This document shows positions 1-12,369 of a DNA stretch of 64,000 nt, piece after piece (the stretch's first letter is position 1; each line of letters begins with the position of its first letter). The position numbers were made by a program, and so were the translations under genes. This DNA is from Octopus sinensis (Eukaryota): assembly GCF_006345805.1 (NCBI RefSeq), contig NC_043001.1, positions 125,116,001-125,180,000 of the forward strand, read 5' to 3'. Under the pieces are notes generated by a model. The model saw only the letters and a list, made by a program, of their open reading frames with translations. It did not search any database and was not told the DNA's origin.

Positions 1-82
1 AGCCCTGGGGTCGATTTGCTCAACTAAAAGGTGGTGCTCCAGCATGGCCGCAGTCAAATGACTGAAACAAGTAAAAGAGAAA
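1..82 (+). mobile_element. 3' end of SINE family A (abundant tRNA-headed octopus-type SINE)
   Basis: GGGGTCGATTTGCTC..GGTGCTCCAGCATGGCCGCAGTCAAATGACTGAAACAAGTAAAAGAG tail shared with about 20 copies in the window. Confidence 0.85.
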
Positions 83-373
83 AACTAAGAGTGGGGATTT
101 GCAAGAGTGTATGGTGAAGGAGAGGAAGGTAACATCAAGGATTGGCTAGGGTTGGAAGAGTGGATGCGGGGGGTGCGGATTGCCAGTGGTGCCTGAATTG
201 GGGAGATAGATGGATGCAAGAAGAGAACAGCATCAGGATAATAATGATGATGTAGTTGACATAGGAGAGGACATGATTGATGAAGTGTTTGGGTCAGCTA
301 CAGGAGAGAGAGAGAGGTGTGATGCATGAGGATAGAATTTGGTGGTCATATGAGTGTAGACAACAATATTAAT

Positions 374-638
374 GGGCCGTAGCCAGCACCGCATCGACTG
401 GCCTCCGTGCTGGTGGCACGTAAAAAGCACCATCCGAGCGTAGCCGTTCGCCAGCCTCGTCTGGCACCTGTGTCGGTGGCACGTAAAAAGCACCCACTAC
501 ACTCATGGAGTGGTTGACGTTAGGAAGGGCATCCAGCTGTAGAAACACTGCCAGATCTGACTGGCCTGGTGCAGCCTTCGGGCTTCCCAGACCCCATGCT
601 AGCAAGGAAAGCGGAGGTTAAACGATAATGATGATGAT
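374..638 (+). mobile_element. SINE/LINE 3' module family C with internal ~56-bp minisatellite and (GAT)n tail
   Basis: GGTGGCACGTAAAAAGCACC units, GTTAGGAAGGGCATCCAGCTGTAGAAAC, CATGCTAGCA, GATGATGAT tail; related copies at 22829, 27772, 34690. Confidence 0.8.
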
Positions 639-809
639 ACATTAACATTGTCCTGGAGAAACAGAAAGGGTAGCTGCAGTGGGAAAGATGGGCAGGAGTG
701 GAGGGGGGATGAGGAGATATCTATTTGTGCACCTATATATATGTACACCCACAGAGCTTCACTAGTCAGCTTGAAAGCCTACAAAACCCATTGGGAGAGG
801 TTTCATGTT

Positions 810-1330
810 AGCAGAAAGGGTATGGCCTGGTCAGCCTGTAATGACATGCATAAGATCTGGTCATCAAATCTAAGTAGAGACTTCAAACTTGAAATATTCA
901 AAGCCACAGTCGAACCAATTCTACTATATGGCTCAGAAACCTGGACGTTATCAAAGAAGCTTGAGAGGCAGTTGGATGGAACCTACACTCGCCTCCTTAT
1001 GAGAGCTCAAAATCTCTCGTGGATGCGTCATCCAACCAAAATGCAAATATATGGGAAACTACCACCTGAGTCATCTCTTGTGAAGGGTAGGAGAGCCCAG
1101 TTTGCTGGACATTGTTGTAGAGCTGAAAACGAGGCAATTTCTACTCGTCTCCTCTGGAAGCCATCTACTCGCAATACCAGAGGGCACACACTCTCCTACC
1201 CTGATGTAATCTCCAGGGATACAGGCATCCAGCAACAGAACCTCTGTAATGCCATGATGGACCGTGAAGTCTGGCGTAGCATGGTAAATTCCATTGTCTC
1301 GACCACGGTTGAACAATGATGATGATGATG
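810..1330 (+). mobile_element. 5'-truncated RTE-clade LINE (C-terminus of ORF plus (GAT)n tail)
   Basis: ORF 648..1319 contains FKATVEPILLYGSETWTL..RRAQFAGHCCR, typical of the RTE post-RT region; sister copy at 52030-52380. Confidence 0.9.
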
Positions 1331-1624
1331 GCTCAGAAATATGGACGTTATCAAAGAAGCTTGAGAGGTGGTTGGATGGAACCTACAATCGCCTCCTTAT
1401 GAGAGCTCAAAATCTCTCGTGGAAGCGTCATCCAACCAAAATACAAATATATGGGAAACTACCATGAAAGGCATCTTTTCTCAAGGAGTGTATTGCCAGA
1501 GAGGAAAATATGTAATATATAAAAACATTTTTCAAAAACTTTTTCAACTTGCTCTTATTGGGCCAGAAATGGCTGGTTCTAATTGCTAAAAGGGTTAAGC
1601 ACATCAAGAACTTTATTACTCTGC

Positions 1625-1985
1625 ACATGTAGATAAAACTCTTGTGAGGAAGCTTTCTTCCCAGCCACATAGTTCTGGGTTCAGTCCCACTGTGTGGCAC
1701 CTTGGGCAAATGTCTTCTACTGTAGCTGCAGGCCGACCAAAGCTTTGTGAGTGGATTTGGTAGACAGAAACTGAAAGAAGTCAGTCATGTGTGTGTGTGT
1801 CTGTGTCCATCCTCCTCTACCACTTGGTGTTGGTGTGTTTATGTCCCTGCAACTTAATGGGTTCGGCAGAAGAGACTGACAGAATAAGTAACAGGCTTAA
1901 AACAAAAGAAAATCCTGCATTTGATTCATTCAACTAAAACTTCTTCAAGGCAGTGGCCCAGCATGGCCACAGTCTAATGACTAAA
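1625..1985 (+). mobile_element. Degenerate SINE family A copy
   Basis: GGTTCAGTCCCACTGTGTGGCACCTTGGGCAA..GTGGATTTGGTAGACAGAAACTGAAAGAAG. Confidence 0.75.
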
Positions 1986-2279
1986 ATATGTAAAAGATAT
2001 CTGTGTCCTCATTCTATTGCAATGACATACTTGCATGACTCTGTTCTCTGTCACTTAAGACAAAATCTAAAAATCAATAGAATCTATATAGTCAGACCCA
2101 TGGATCACATTCAAAAAGAAAGTTACACAAGTCATGAGAACCAAGAACTAAGTCACTGAATTTCATGTTTAATTGTGATTGATTTCACTGTAAACTTCCC
2201 AATTTCTCAGTTTACATTTGTATTTAATGTGCCAAGTCAAAAGCACATTTTCTTTAGTTCAATTGATTCATCCACCACC

Positions 2280-2692
2280 TCTCTACATAGAAACGGCAGT
2301 TTGTCTGTGTGTGTCTGTCAGGTTGTACCCTCACCCTGACCACGGCTTTCAACCAATTCTGATGAAACTTGACACACACATAGCCCAATGTCATAATTCA
2401 AAACTAACGCAGCGAAAATTTTGAAAAGTTCCCCCAGCTCTGAAAAAAATCGATAAATTCGACATGGGGTTGAGAATCTAAGCTTTTTATATGCAACACA
2501 TTTTCTGTTGTAGTTTTCGCAACTTGCAATCGGGAGATAGCTAGGAACATACATAGAAGTATTCGAGTGAAGAGAAGACATTGCAACCTACACATGCGCC
2601 TTCGTTCCCTAGAGGGAAAGAACTAGATTGGGATTAGTCGTTGCCTACAAGAGGCTCTTACATACCCGAGCAACGTCGGGCTATGCTGCTAG
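2280..2692 (+). mobile_element. Non-autonomous Helitron
   Basis: 5' TC start (TCTCTACATAGAA), subterminal hairpin CCCGAGCAACGTCGGG, 3' CTAG followed by T, no TSD. Confidence 0.7.
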
Positions 2693-2849
2693 TACTGTAT
2701 ACAGTTCAATTAATAAAAAAGAAAAAGTTTTGTCATGAAAATTTATCAAACATTTCCCAAGGATATGGGAGTTTAGAAATGGCTGGGAACTACTATCGTA
2801 AGTACTCACATAACCTGCAAGGAATAACAATCAAATTTTCGTCAAGTCA

Positions 2850-3077
2850 CCCACTAGCATTTAAACTAGCCATATCCAACCCAAATATTCTACATGTTTT
2901 ATGTTCAAACCAGTCAGACTGGTCCCACACACCTGCCTAATGGCCTAATAATGCAATTCTAAAAATAAACTATCACATAATTGACATCTCAAAATCACAA
3001 GATCGTGCATGATTGATTTCAAAATAATGTGAAGAAATAAGCATTGCATTTGACAGAGTAATCAGAAAGTTAAAGGG
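2850..3077 (+). mobile_element. piggyBac-like MITE (degenerate left end)
   Basis: Homologous to 5151-5371; ends AAAGGG|TTAA; partial copies at 1465-1594 (minus) and 4155-4225. Confidence 0.6.
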
Positions 3078-3087
3078 TTAAAGAAAG

Positions 3088-3839
3088 GGATCTTTTCCTT
3101 TTGAACGGCAGATGTCAACACAATTTATAGTTAACTAAACACTTTTAAACTTCGTATACTGGTAGAATGTGTTTATAAAACATCATTTTTTTTACTTGGC
3201 TTTATTGAGAAAATTCTATAGTTTGTAAGATATTTTGTCTGAAAATCCGAGCATTTCGGCAATTTTAACCAATCGATTACCTCCATTCAACTAAAATCAT
3301 TTGCTGCATCTAAAACTGAGACAACATCCTGTAACTAACCCTAACCCTCCCCCTAACTTTTTTTTTTTTTTAATTGTTAAATTAATTTAATTGTTACATG
3401 TGTAAAAAAACTCGAAACAATTAACAGACAAAATCATTCTATAATTTTATACACACGCTTTCCCTTACACACGCTTTCCGTATACGTACGGAAAGCGTGT
3501 GTATAAAATTATAAAATTATTTTGTTTGTTAATTGTTTAAATCCTTTTCCATTGTTTTCGTTTTTTTTTTTTTACACGCGTAACAATTAAGAAAAAAAAA
3601 CTAGGGTTAGGTTGAGGGGTAGTGTCTCAGTTTTAGACGCAGCAAATGAGTTTAGCTCAAAAGAGAGCATAGGATTGGTTAAAATTCGAAAAATTAAACT
3701 ACGTTAAACAAACAAATTACAATTTTCTCAAGAAAGCCAAGAGAAAAAAATGTTTTATTTTGACACATTCTACCAGTATACGAAGTTTTAAAGTGTTTAG
3801 TTAACTAGAAATTGTCTGCCGTTCAAAAGGAAAAGATCC
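3088..3839. mobile_element. Foldback MITE with GG termini and 8-bp TSD (Merlin-like)
   Basis: TIR GGATCTTTTCCTTTTGAACGGCAGA, TSD AAAGAAAG at 3080-3087 and 3840-3847, long imperfect internal inverted arms. Confidence 0.8.
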
Positions 3840-4389
3840 AAAGAAAGAAAGAAAAAAAAGGCATCAACTAACCAGATCCTAGAGGTCAGAAATAAGAGGA
3901 AGAAAGACAACAGTCACAACCTACTTCAAAACCTTTCAAGATTAAAGATAATTATCAGATTAGAGACCTGACACTAATGCTTTTAACAAAAGATTCCACT
4001 AAATACCCTCAAGGGCCAAGTACTCGCGTCAGACTGAGACAATGAATTCAGTCAACTCTTGCCCCAATAACAAGAACAGTTCCAACAAGCTTCAGAGTAT
4101 TCATCTACATAGTTCTGGTGTTGGGCAAGTTTAAAACTTTAAAATCTATCTTTATTAACCCTTTAGCATTTAAACCAGCCTTATCCATCCCCAAATATTC
4201 TACCCGTTTTATGTTCAAACTGGCCAGATCCAGCTCTTCACATTTGAGGGTCAATAAAGTACTTTTATTGACCCTCAAATAACTTTTCACTAGTACTTTA
4301 TTGACCTTTGAGGGTCACGACTAGTCCCACCCACCCAAAAGAAATTTCAAGCCTTGTGCCTTTAGCAGACAAGATTACTACTACTATTA

Positions 4390-4600
4390 TCTGGGAAGCA
4401 AGCTGGTAGTATTGTTAGCGTACCGAGCAAAATGCTTACTGTCATTTCATCCAGCTTTACATCACGAGTTCAAATTCTGCTAAGGTTGACTTTGCCTTTC
4501 ATTCTTTCGGGGTCGATAAAATAACCAGTTGAACACTGAGGTCGACATAATCGACATATGTGCCCTCCCCGGAAATTGTTGGCCTTGCACCGGAATTTGA
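4390..4600 (+). mobile_element. SINE family B variant
   Basis: GAGTTCAAATTC..GGTTGACTTTGCCTTTCATTCTTTCGGGGTCGATAAA motif. Confidence 0.65.
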
Positions 4601-4740
4601 AACCCTTATTTCTGCCAACCCTTATCTCTCTGTAAAATATCCATGCCATAGCCACATCTGTTCTCATTCCATTCTCAAAAGTACCCCTTCCACATACCCA
4701 CTTTTGCCCGCAGCCATTGCGTACATGCATGAATGCCTAT

Positions 4741-4933
4741 CGGTGGGTGACAAACACAGACACACAAATACACACACACACATATATATATATATATACA
4801 TATATACGACGGGCTTCTTTCAGTTTCCATCGACCAAATCCACTCACAAGGCTTTGGTCGGCCCGGGGCTATAGTAGAAGACACTTGCCAAAGGTGCCAC
4901 GCAGTGGGACTGAACCCAGAACCATGTGGTTGG
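4741..4933 (-). mobile_element. SINE family A, 5' half
   Basis: Reverse complement of the family A head and body. Confidence 0.8.
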
Positions 4934-5150
4934 TGGTTGAAACTGGTTTCAATGAACTGTTTCCTTTAGCTCGTGCCTGTATCATCATCATTGTTTACAG
5001 CTAAATATGCCCTAAGACTTGTGAATAATGAAGCTTTTGTTGTGACCATCCCCTCAGCTACTTCCTTATGTCAACAAGTTAATGTGCGTGTTTAGGATGT
5101 GAGCAGAGGAAATCTAGCAGCTATTTCTGAATAACTATGGAGAACCTTAA

Positions 5151-5371
5151 CCCTTTAGCATTTAAACCAGCCATATCTGGCCAAAAGTATTCTGCCTGTT
5201 TTATGTTAAAACTGGCCAGATCTGGTCTCTCACACCAACCCTACAATATCATTTTAAAAATTAACAGCTACCTCATCAAAATCTCATAACTACAAGATAA
5301 TGCATGATTAGTTCAAAACAATGAAGACAAAAAAGCATTAGTTTTGGCAGAATAATGCGAACACTAAAAGG
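5151..5371. mobile_element. piggyBac-like MITE
   Basis: TTAA TSD at 5147-5150 and 5372-5375; CCCTTTAG / CTAAAAGG termini. Confidence 0.75.
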
Positions 5372-5630
5372 TTAAAAGCACCAGGGACATATTACAACTG
5401 AAGAACATCTACGGTACAGCTTACGCTGAAAGAAAAAAATCCTTAATTTTACAATTTCATAGAAATCTAACTTATCTCCAAATATTTTAAGTGTTGTACC
5501 GAGATAACTATGATATATAATAGAAGACACTCTTTTATACAAATATACAATAACCAACCATATAAAAGATTTGAAAATTTCTGAAAGTTTATTTACACAC
5601 GTAACATTTTTAAATAACTACACATCTAAC

Positions 5631-5998
5631 TCTCTCTTTACTCTTTTACTTGTTTCAGTCATTTGACTACGGCCATGCTGGAGCACCGCCTTTAGTCGAG
5701 CAACTCGACCCCGGGACTTATTCTATCGGTCTCTTTTGCCGAACCGCTAAGTAACAGGGACATAAACACACCAGCATCGGTTGTCAAGCAATGCTAGGGT
5801 GACAAACACAGACACACACATATATACATATATACGACGGGCTTCTTTCAGTTTCCGTCTACCAAATCCACTCACAAGGCTTTGGTTGGCCCGAGGCTAT
5901 AGTAGAAGACACTTGCACAAGGTGCCACGCAGTGGGACTGAACCCGGAACTATGTGGTTGGTTAGCAAGCTACTTACCACATAGCCACTCCTGCGCCT
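5631..5998 (-). mobile_element. SINE family A, near full length
   Basis: Head GGCGCAGGAGTGGCT with B-box-like GGTTCAGTCC and (AAAGAGT)n tail on the minus strand. Confidence 0.9.
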
Positions 5999-6388
5999 AA
6001 CTGTAAAACATTGATATTGAAGTGCTATCTGTAATCGGTTGTTTCAACCCTTGAACTGTACCCATGTTGAGGTACTGTCAAACAAATCAACCCCGGTACT
6101 TATTTTTAAGCCTGGGTCATTTATTCTGTTGGCAGGTTACAGGTACGTAAGCAAAAACCTGTTGTCAATCGGTAGGCTAGGGACAAACACATATACATAA
6201 TACACACACACGAGCTTCAACACAGTCTCCGTCTTCTAAATTCACTCAGCGTATTAGACGCCCTGGGGCTACAGCAGAAGACGCTTGCACAAGATACCGT
6301 ATAGTGAGACTGAACCCGAAACTACGTGGTTGCAAAGATAGCTTCTTAATCACAGCCATTATTTTATATTGAAGTCGGTCGGCTCCAA

Positions 6389-7248
6389 TTTTATAAAACA
6401 TCATTTTCTCTTGGTTTTTTTATTGAGAAAATTCTATAGTTTGTAAGATATTTCGTCTGAAAATCCAAGCATTTCGGCAATTTTAACCATTACCTCCATT
6501 CAACTAAAATCATTTGCTGCGTCTAAAACTGAGACAACATCCTGTAACTAGCCCTAAACCTTCCCCCTAACCTTAACCCTAAATTTTTTCCCCCTCTTCA
6601 AAAGTTAATCGGCGTAGCTATTCAATCAAGTATATTATAAATATACAGAGTTATCAGGAGTGGTAATGGCATTAATTAATAGTTACCGACATTCATAGCC
6701 AAGGAGAGAGGGTAGACAGGTATGGACGAAACAACATACTCAGCTCCGAGATACATGTATATTTTCTTTCTAATTTTGGCCACTAATTACGAGGGAAAGG
6801 GACCAGCCGATTACACTGACTCCTAGTAATTGATTAGCACTTATTTAATCAACCACCTAAGAATGAAAGTGTGTGTATAAAATTATAGAATTATTTTGTT
6901 TGTTAATTGTTTAAATTATTTTCCATTGCTTTCGTCTTTTTTTTTTTTTTTACACGTGCAACAATTAAATTAATTTAACAATTAAGAAAAAAAAAATTAG
7001 GCTTAGTGACAGGATGTCTCAGTTTTAGACGCAGCAAATGATTTTAGTTGAATGGAGGTAATCGATTGGTTAAAATTGCCGAAATGCTCGGATTTTCAGA
7101 CAAAATATCTTACAAACTATAGAATTCTCTCAATAAAGCCAAGAAAAAAATGATGTTTTATAAGCACATTCTACCAGTATACGAAGTTTAAAAGTGTTTA
7201 GTTAACTAGAAATTGTGTTGACATCTGCCGTTCAAAAGGAAAAGATCC
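6389..7248. mobile_element. Rearranged copy of the Merlin-like foldback MITE
   Basis: 6389-6580 matches the left arm of 3088; 6870-7248 is its reverse complement ending AAAAGGAAAAGATCC. Confidence 0.7.
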
Positions 7249-7255
7249 CGTGATA

Positions 7256-7322
7256 GGCGATCTTTCGATACTAGTAACATAACTGTCACTTATAAACCAC
7301 GTGAGTTTACTTACATTTCTGA

Positions 7323-7361
<39 letters not shown>

Positions 7362-7517
7362 GATAAGTATATGAAAGAATGGAGTTGAACGACTAGTTAA
7401 CAAATATCCTTTATTCTCGACATATGTTTCGAAGGCTGCATATTCTGATGTGAAATTGCTACCCAGGTATCGGTTATCTTTCGAATTATCCTTAATAAGA
7501 TAATTCATTCAATTACT

Positions 7518-7575
<58 letters not shown>

Positions 7576-7756
7576 CATACACTGCGTGACATCGTGAGCA
7601 GGGGTCACTGGGTTGACATTTATCTTGTGAGTGTACCTTTAATTCAAAAGGTTACAGTGCGCAGTGTAAGAATGTACATATATATATGTTAAGAAATGTA
7701 AATAAACCCACGTGGTTTATAAGTGACAGTTATGTTACTAGTATCGAAAGATCGCC
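7256..7756. mobile_element. MITE with ~65-bp TIRs beginning GGCGATCTTTCG
   Basis: 7255-7320 and 7692-7757 are inverted repeats with 2 mismatches. Confidence 0.8.
7580..7666. mobile_element. 87-bp Tc1/mariner-type mini-MITE nested in the 7256 MITE
   Basis: TA|CACTGCG ... CGCAGTG|TA. Confidence 0.5.
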
Positions 7757-8209
7757 TGATCGTACAATACATCACACAGACACGTGTGTATTGTATTCAA
7801 ACTGTGGCTGTGTCCCAGGCTTATTTTTATTTTTTTTAATCAAGTATTTCCCATTCCATATTTTCATGGAAGTTCCTTTGTTTCCCGATACACCATCAAA
7901 CTGAAACTACAGAAAATACGAAAAAAACTTAAGAACTCCATCCCCTAAAATAGTCGTGTTTTCAAATACCTTCTTTCTTTCCATATATACAGTGTGTGTG
8001 TGTGTGTGTGTACACACACACACACGAGAAAAATATGAAATTGAACATCAGGGGTAGCTTTTACCCAACTATCTTCGAAAAAAGAAATAAGGATTGGAGA
8101 ACGTGAGCGTAAAGAGAAAAGAAGTGGGACTAAGTTCTTTGAAAGGGGAATAGTGAAAATTTAAACCACAATGACCAGAATTCGATATATGATAAGGATT
8201 GCCTTATAC

Positions 8210-8507
8210 ATTTGTTTTGCCGAACCGCTAAGTTACGGAGACGTAAACACACCAACATCGGTTGTCAAGCGATGTTGGGGGAACAAACACAGACACACAC
8301 ATATATAATATATATACATACATACATACATACACACATATATATACGACGGGCTTCTTTCAGTTTCCGTCTACCAAATCCACTCACAAGGTTTTCGGTC
8401 GGCCCGAGGCTATAGTAGAAGACACTTACCCAAGGTGCCACGCAGTGGGACTGAACCCGGAACCATGTGGTTCGTAAGCAAGCTACTTACCACACAGCCA
8501 CTCCTGT
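8210..8507 (-). mobile_element. SINE family A
   Basis: Reverse complement of family A, CpGs intact. Confidence 0.85.
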
Positions 8508-8989
8508 CATGTTGATAAAAACTGCACCTTTCATAGGGATAGCCAAACCACTCCTGATCCCTCATAATTATTTCAAGCTGTGTTTAAGACACTTCAACAA
8601 AAGGCCTTGTTTTTTTTGTTTTTTTATATATACCACCCACGATAATGAATCTTTCACTAAAAAGGGGGGGGGGGAAATCTTCAATTTTATTACAATTGTT
8701 GACAACATAAAACGTTCACCTCTTTCCTAGTAGATCCGATTTTTACACCGACAGTGTAGATAAAGAAAAGTTATTTACATTTGATAAGGCTTGATACAGA
8801 CTATAAATCAATATAGCTGTCTTGCTCAACAGTTATGTAATATGTGCGCATGTGCAGTAAGCAATTGGCATTTACGAGATGTATTAGCAGCATCCATCTT
8901 GTTGCGTAATAAATGTTAATTAAAACTACGTTACAGTTATTAGCAGTCGGGAACAAAATAAGTGGAAAGAGGGTGTAAGAATTAACACT

Positions 8990-9584
8990 GGATCTTTTCC
9001 TTTTGAACGGCAGATGTCAACACAATTTCTAGTTTGTTTTGCCGAACCGCTAAGTTACGGGGACGTAAACACACCAACATCGGTTGTCAAGCGATGTTGG
9101 GGGAACAAACACAGACACACACATATATAATATAAACACTTTTAAACTTCGTATACTGGTAGAATGTGTTTATAAAACATCATTTTCTCTTGGTTTTTTT
9201 ATTGAGAAAATTCTATAGTTTGTAAGATATTTCGTCTGAAAATCCGAGCATTTCGGCAATTTTAACCATTACCTCCTCCATTCAACTAAAATCATTTGCT
9301 GCGTCTAAAACTGAGACAACATCCTGTAACTAGCCCTAAACCTCCCCCCTAACCTTAACCCTAATTTTTTTTCTTAATTGTTAAATTAATTTAATTCCAT
9401 TGCTTTAGTTTTTTTTTTACACGTATAACAATTAAATTAATTTAACAATTAAGAAAAAAAAATTTAGGGAAAATTACAATTTTCTCAAGAAAGCCAAGAG
9501 AAAAAATGTTTTATTTTGACATTCTACCAGTATACGAAGTTTTAAAGTGTTTAGTTAACTAGAAATTGTCTGCCGTTAAGATCC
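8990..9584. mobile_element. Merlin-like MITE copy with 8-bp TSD and an inserted SINE fragment
   Basis: TSD TTAACACT at 8982-8989 and 9585-9592; right TIR has a 9-nt deletion. Confidence 0.8.
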
Positions 9585-10868
9585 TTAACACTTCCTTCTC
9601 TAAGCTTAGATTCGAAACCGAATCCAAGAATTCTCGGTCGTCCAAACCACGACAGTCAACAGGCGCGAAAAAAGGTTTTCTTTATCCTGTCAAAAGTTGA
9701 TTGATCATCACCCTTTGACCTGCGACCTTAGCATGTCAGGCGAAGTTCAACTGGACAAGCGCTGACCTATTTAGGTACAAACTCTGCTGTCTTTCTAACT
9801 GCTACTTTTTATTATAAATACAAGGGTGAAACAGAAAAGCGGGCAGACAATCGCAGCAGAGACTGGAGCAGACAGATGAGATAGGGTTTTTGGCAGACGA
9901 TAGAGACCCAAGGTTTTTGGCAGACGACAGAGATGGAGACAAATGTTCGAAGTGCCGATAGACTACTGTTTCGAATGAAACACACACCACACACACACAC
10001 ACACACATATATATATAAACACTTTTAAACTTCGTATACTGGTAGAATGTGTTTATAAAACATCATTTTCTCTTGGTTTTTTTATTGAGAAAATTCTATA
10101 GTTTGTAAGATATTTCGTCTGAAAATCCGAGCATTTCGGCAATTTTAACCATTACCTCCTCCATTCAACTAAAATCATTTGCTGCGTCTAAAACTGAGAC
10201 AACATCCTGTAACTAGCCCTAAACCTCCCCCCTAACCTTAACCCTAATTTTTTTTTCTTAATTGTTAAATTAATTTAATTCCATTGCTTTAGTTTTTTTT
10301 TACACGTATAACAATTAAATTAATTTAACAATTAAGAAAAAAAATTTAGGGAAAATTACAATTTTCTCAAGAAAGCCAAGAGAAAAAATGTTTTATTTTG
10401 ACACATTCTACCAGTATACGAAGTTTTAAAGTGTTTAGTTAACTAGAAATTGTCTGCCGTTAAGATCCTTAACACTTCCTTCTCTAAGCTTAGATTCGAA
10501 ACCGAATCCAAGAATTCTCGGTCGTCCAAACCACGACAGTCAACAGGCGCGAAAAAAGGTTTTCTTTATCCGGTCAAAAGTTGATTGATCATCACCCTTT
10601 GACCTGCGACCTTAGCATGTCAGGCGAAGTTCAACTGGACAAGCGCTAACCTATTTAGGTACAAACTCTGCTGTCTTTCTAACTGCTACTTTTTATTATA
10701 AATACAAGGGTGAAACAGAAAAGCGGGCAGACAATCGCAGCAGAGACTGGAGCAGACAGATGAGATAGGGTTTTTGGCAGACGATAGAGACCCAAGGTTT
10801 TTGGCAGACGACAGAGATGGAGACAAATGTTCGAAGTGCCGATAGACTACTGTTTCGAATGAAACACA
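9131..10868. repeat. Near-identical tandem duplication, period ~883 bp
   Basis: 9131-9984 and 10014-10868 differ by only a few substitutions and indels; junction lies in an AC/AT microsatellite. Confidence 0.9.
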
Positions 10869-11544
10869 TATATATTCATTCCTAACATGACTTCTCACGA
10901 ATGTACTCTCTATTTCTAGCAACTCGTAGCAGTTGCCTACATTTGTAAATAAATTCCTTTCAATCATGAAACGGTTTACGTATTTGTTTACATACACACT
11001 TAACCACTACAGGTGTGGCGAAGAATTAAAATGCTCAGTAAATTATTTTTTCAATGATTTTTATCTTACATTTTTCAAAACAAATATCTGGAGTGGGAAG
11101 TTAGTTAATTCTATGCACATTCACATGCTTGCATATAATTAGTACACATAAATCTAGGCAATCACACAAACGAATACACATAATTATACTTTGATGAATA
11201 GATAATCACATACAGTTCTGTAAAAACAAACGAGTCACGTAATTACACACATGAATTTATAATCACACGAATGAAAACAAATTCATATACACATTTCTAA
11301 AAAATACCATATATATACTTACAAACACATTAGCGCAACTATGTACACACGTGTACCAGTTTATAATGGACTGCGTGTATAAATGTGTGTAATCTAAAGA
11401 ATTTACACCATTTCTGAAACGTAGGCTTCTTGTTTACGATACTTTTGAAGAATTATTATTGCTGTTATAACCATTTCTGTTATTGGCTACACGGGCTCAA
11501 GACAGACGACAATATCGAAGGTTAAGTTACAGCACACACAATAA

Positions 11545-11945
11545 TAATGGTTTCAAATTTTGCCACAAGAGCAGCAATTTGGGGGGAGGGGTAAGTCGAT
11601 TACATCGAACCAGTATTCGTCTGGTACTTAGTTAACTGACCTCGAAAGCATGATAGGCAAAGTCGACTTCGGCGGAATCTGAACTTAGAACGTAGTGACA
11701 GATGAAATACCTATTTCTTTATTACCCACAAGGAGCTTAAACATAGAGTGGACAAACAAGAACAGACAAAGGTATTAAGTCGATTATATCGACCCCAGTG
11801 CGTAACTGGTACTTAATTTATCGACCCCGAAAGGATGAAAGGCAAAGTCGAACTCGGCGGAACTTGAACTCAGAACGCAACGGCAAACAAAATATGGCTA
11901 CGCATTTTGCCCGGCGCGCTAACGGTTCTGCCAGCTCGCCGCCTT
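11545..11945 (-). mobile_element. Two adjacent or nested SINE family B copies
   Basis: GATGAAAGGCAAAGTCGAC..GAACTCAGAACG..CTGCCAGCTCGCC motifs occur twice. Confidence 0.75.
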
Positions 11946-12310
11946 AATAAGAGCACTCAGAACGCGCAAACCTCTGCCAAGGCCCCCTCTCAACGATTAA
12001 CCAGAGACGATTTTTAAAATGAGAATATTTGAAATAAACTCGACTGCTCTCACAGACGAGAATACTAAAAATTAACCCAACCACTCTCAAATATCAAGTT
12101 AAAAAAAAAAAGGGGGGGGGGGAATAATCCAAAATCTTTGTCCGGTATCGGATTGATTCCAAAATCTAATCAGTTCGTGCCGGTCACGAGGCCAAACATC
12201 CCTAAAAGTTCCAAACGAATCCATCCAGCAGTTCTTGAGACATCTTGTCCACGGATAAACAAATACGACCGAAAACCATATCTCCGCCTTCGCTAGGGCA
12301 GAGGTAATAA
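11945..12310 (-). mobile_element. Helentron-associated element (HINE/DINE-1-like)
   Basis: Minus strand 5' TTATTACCTCTGCC.., 3' subTIR CTTGGCAGAGGT followed by a short GC hairpin and T-rich end. Confidence 0.65.
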
Positions 12311-12369
12311 TCCCTTCTACTATAGGGACAAGGTCTAAAATTTGGATCGGGGTGTAAGTCGATTACATC

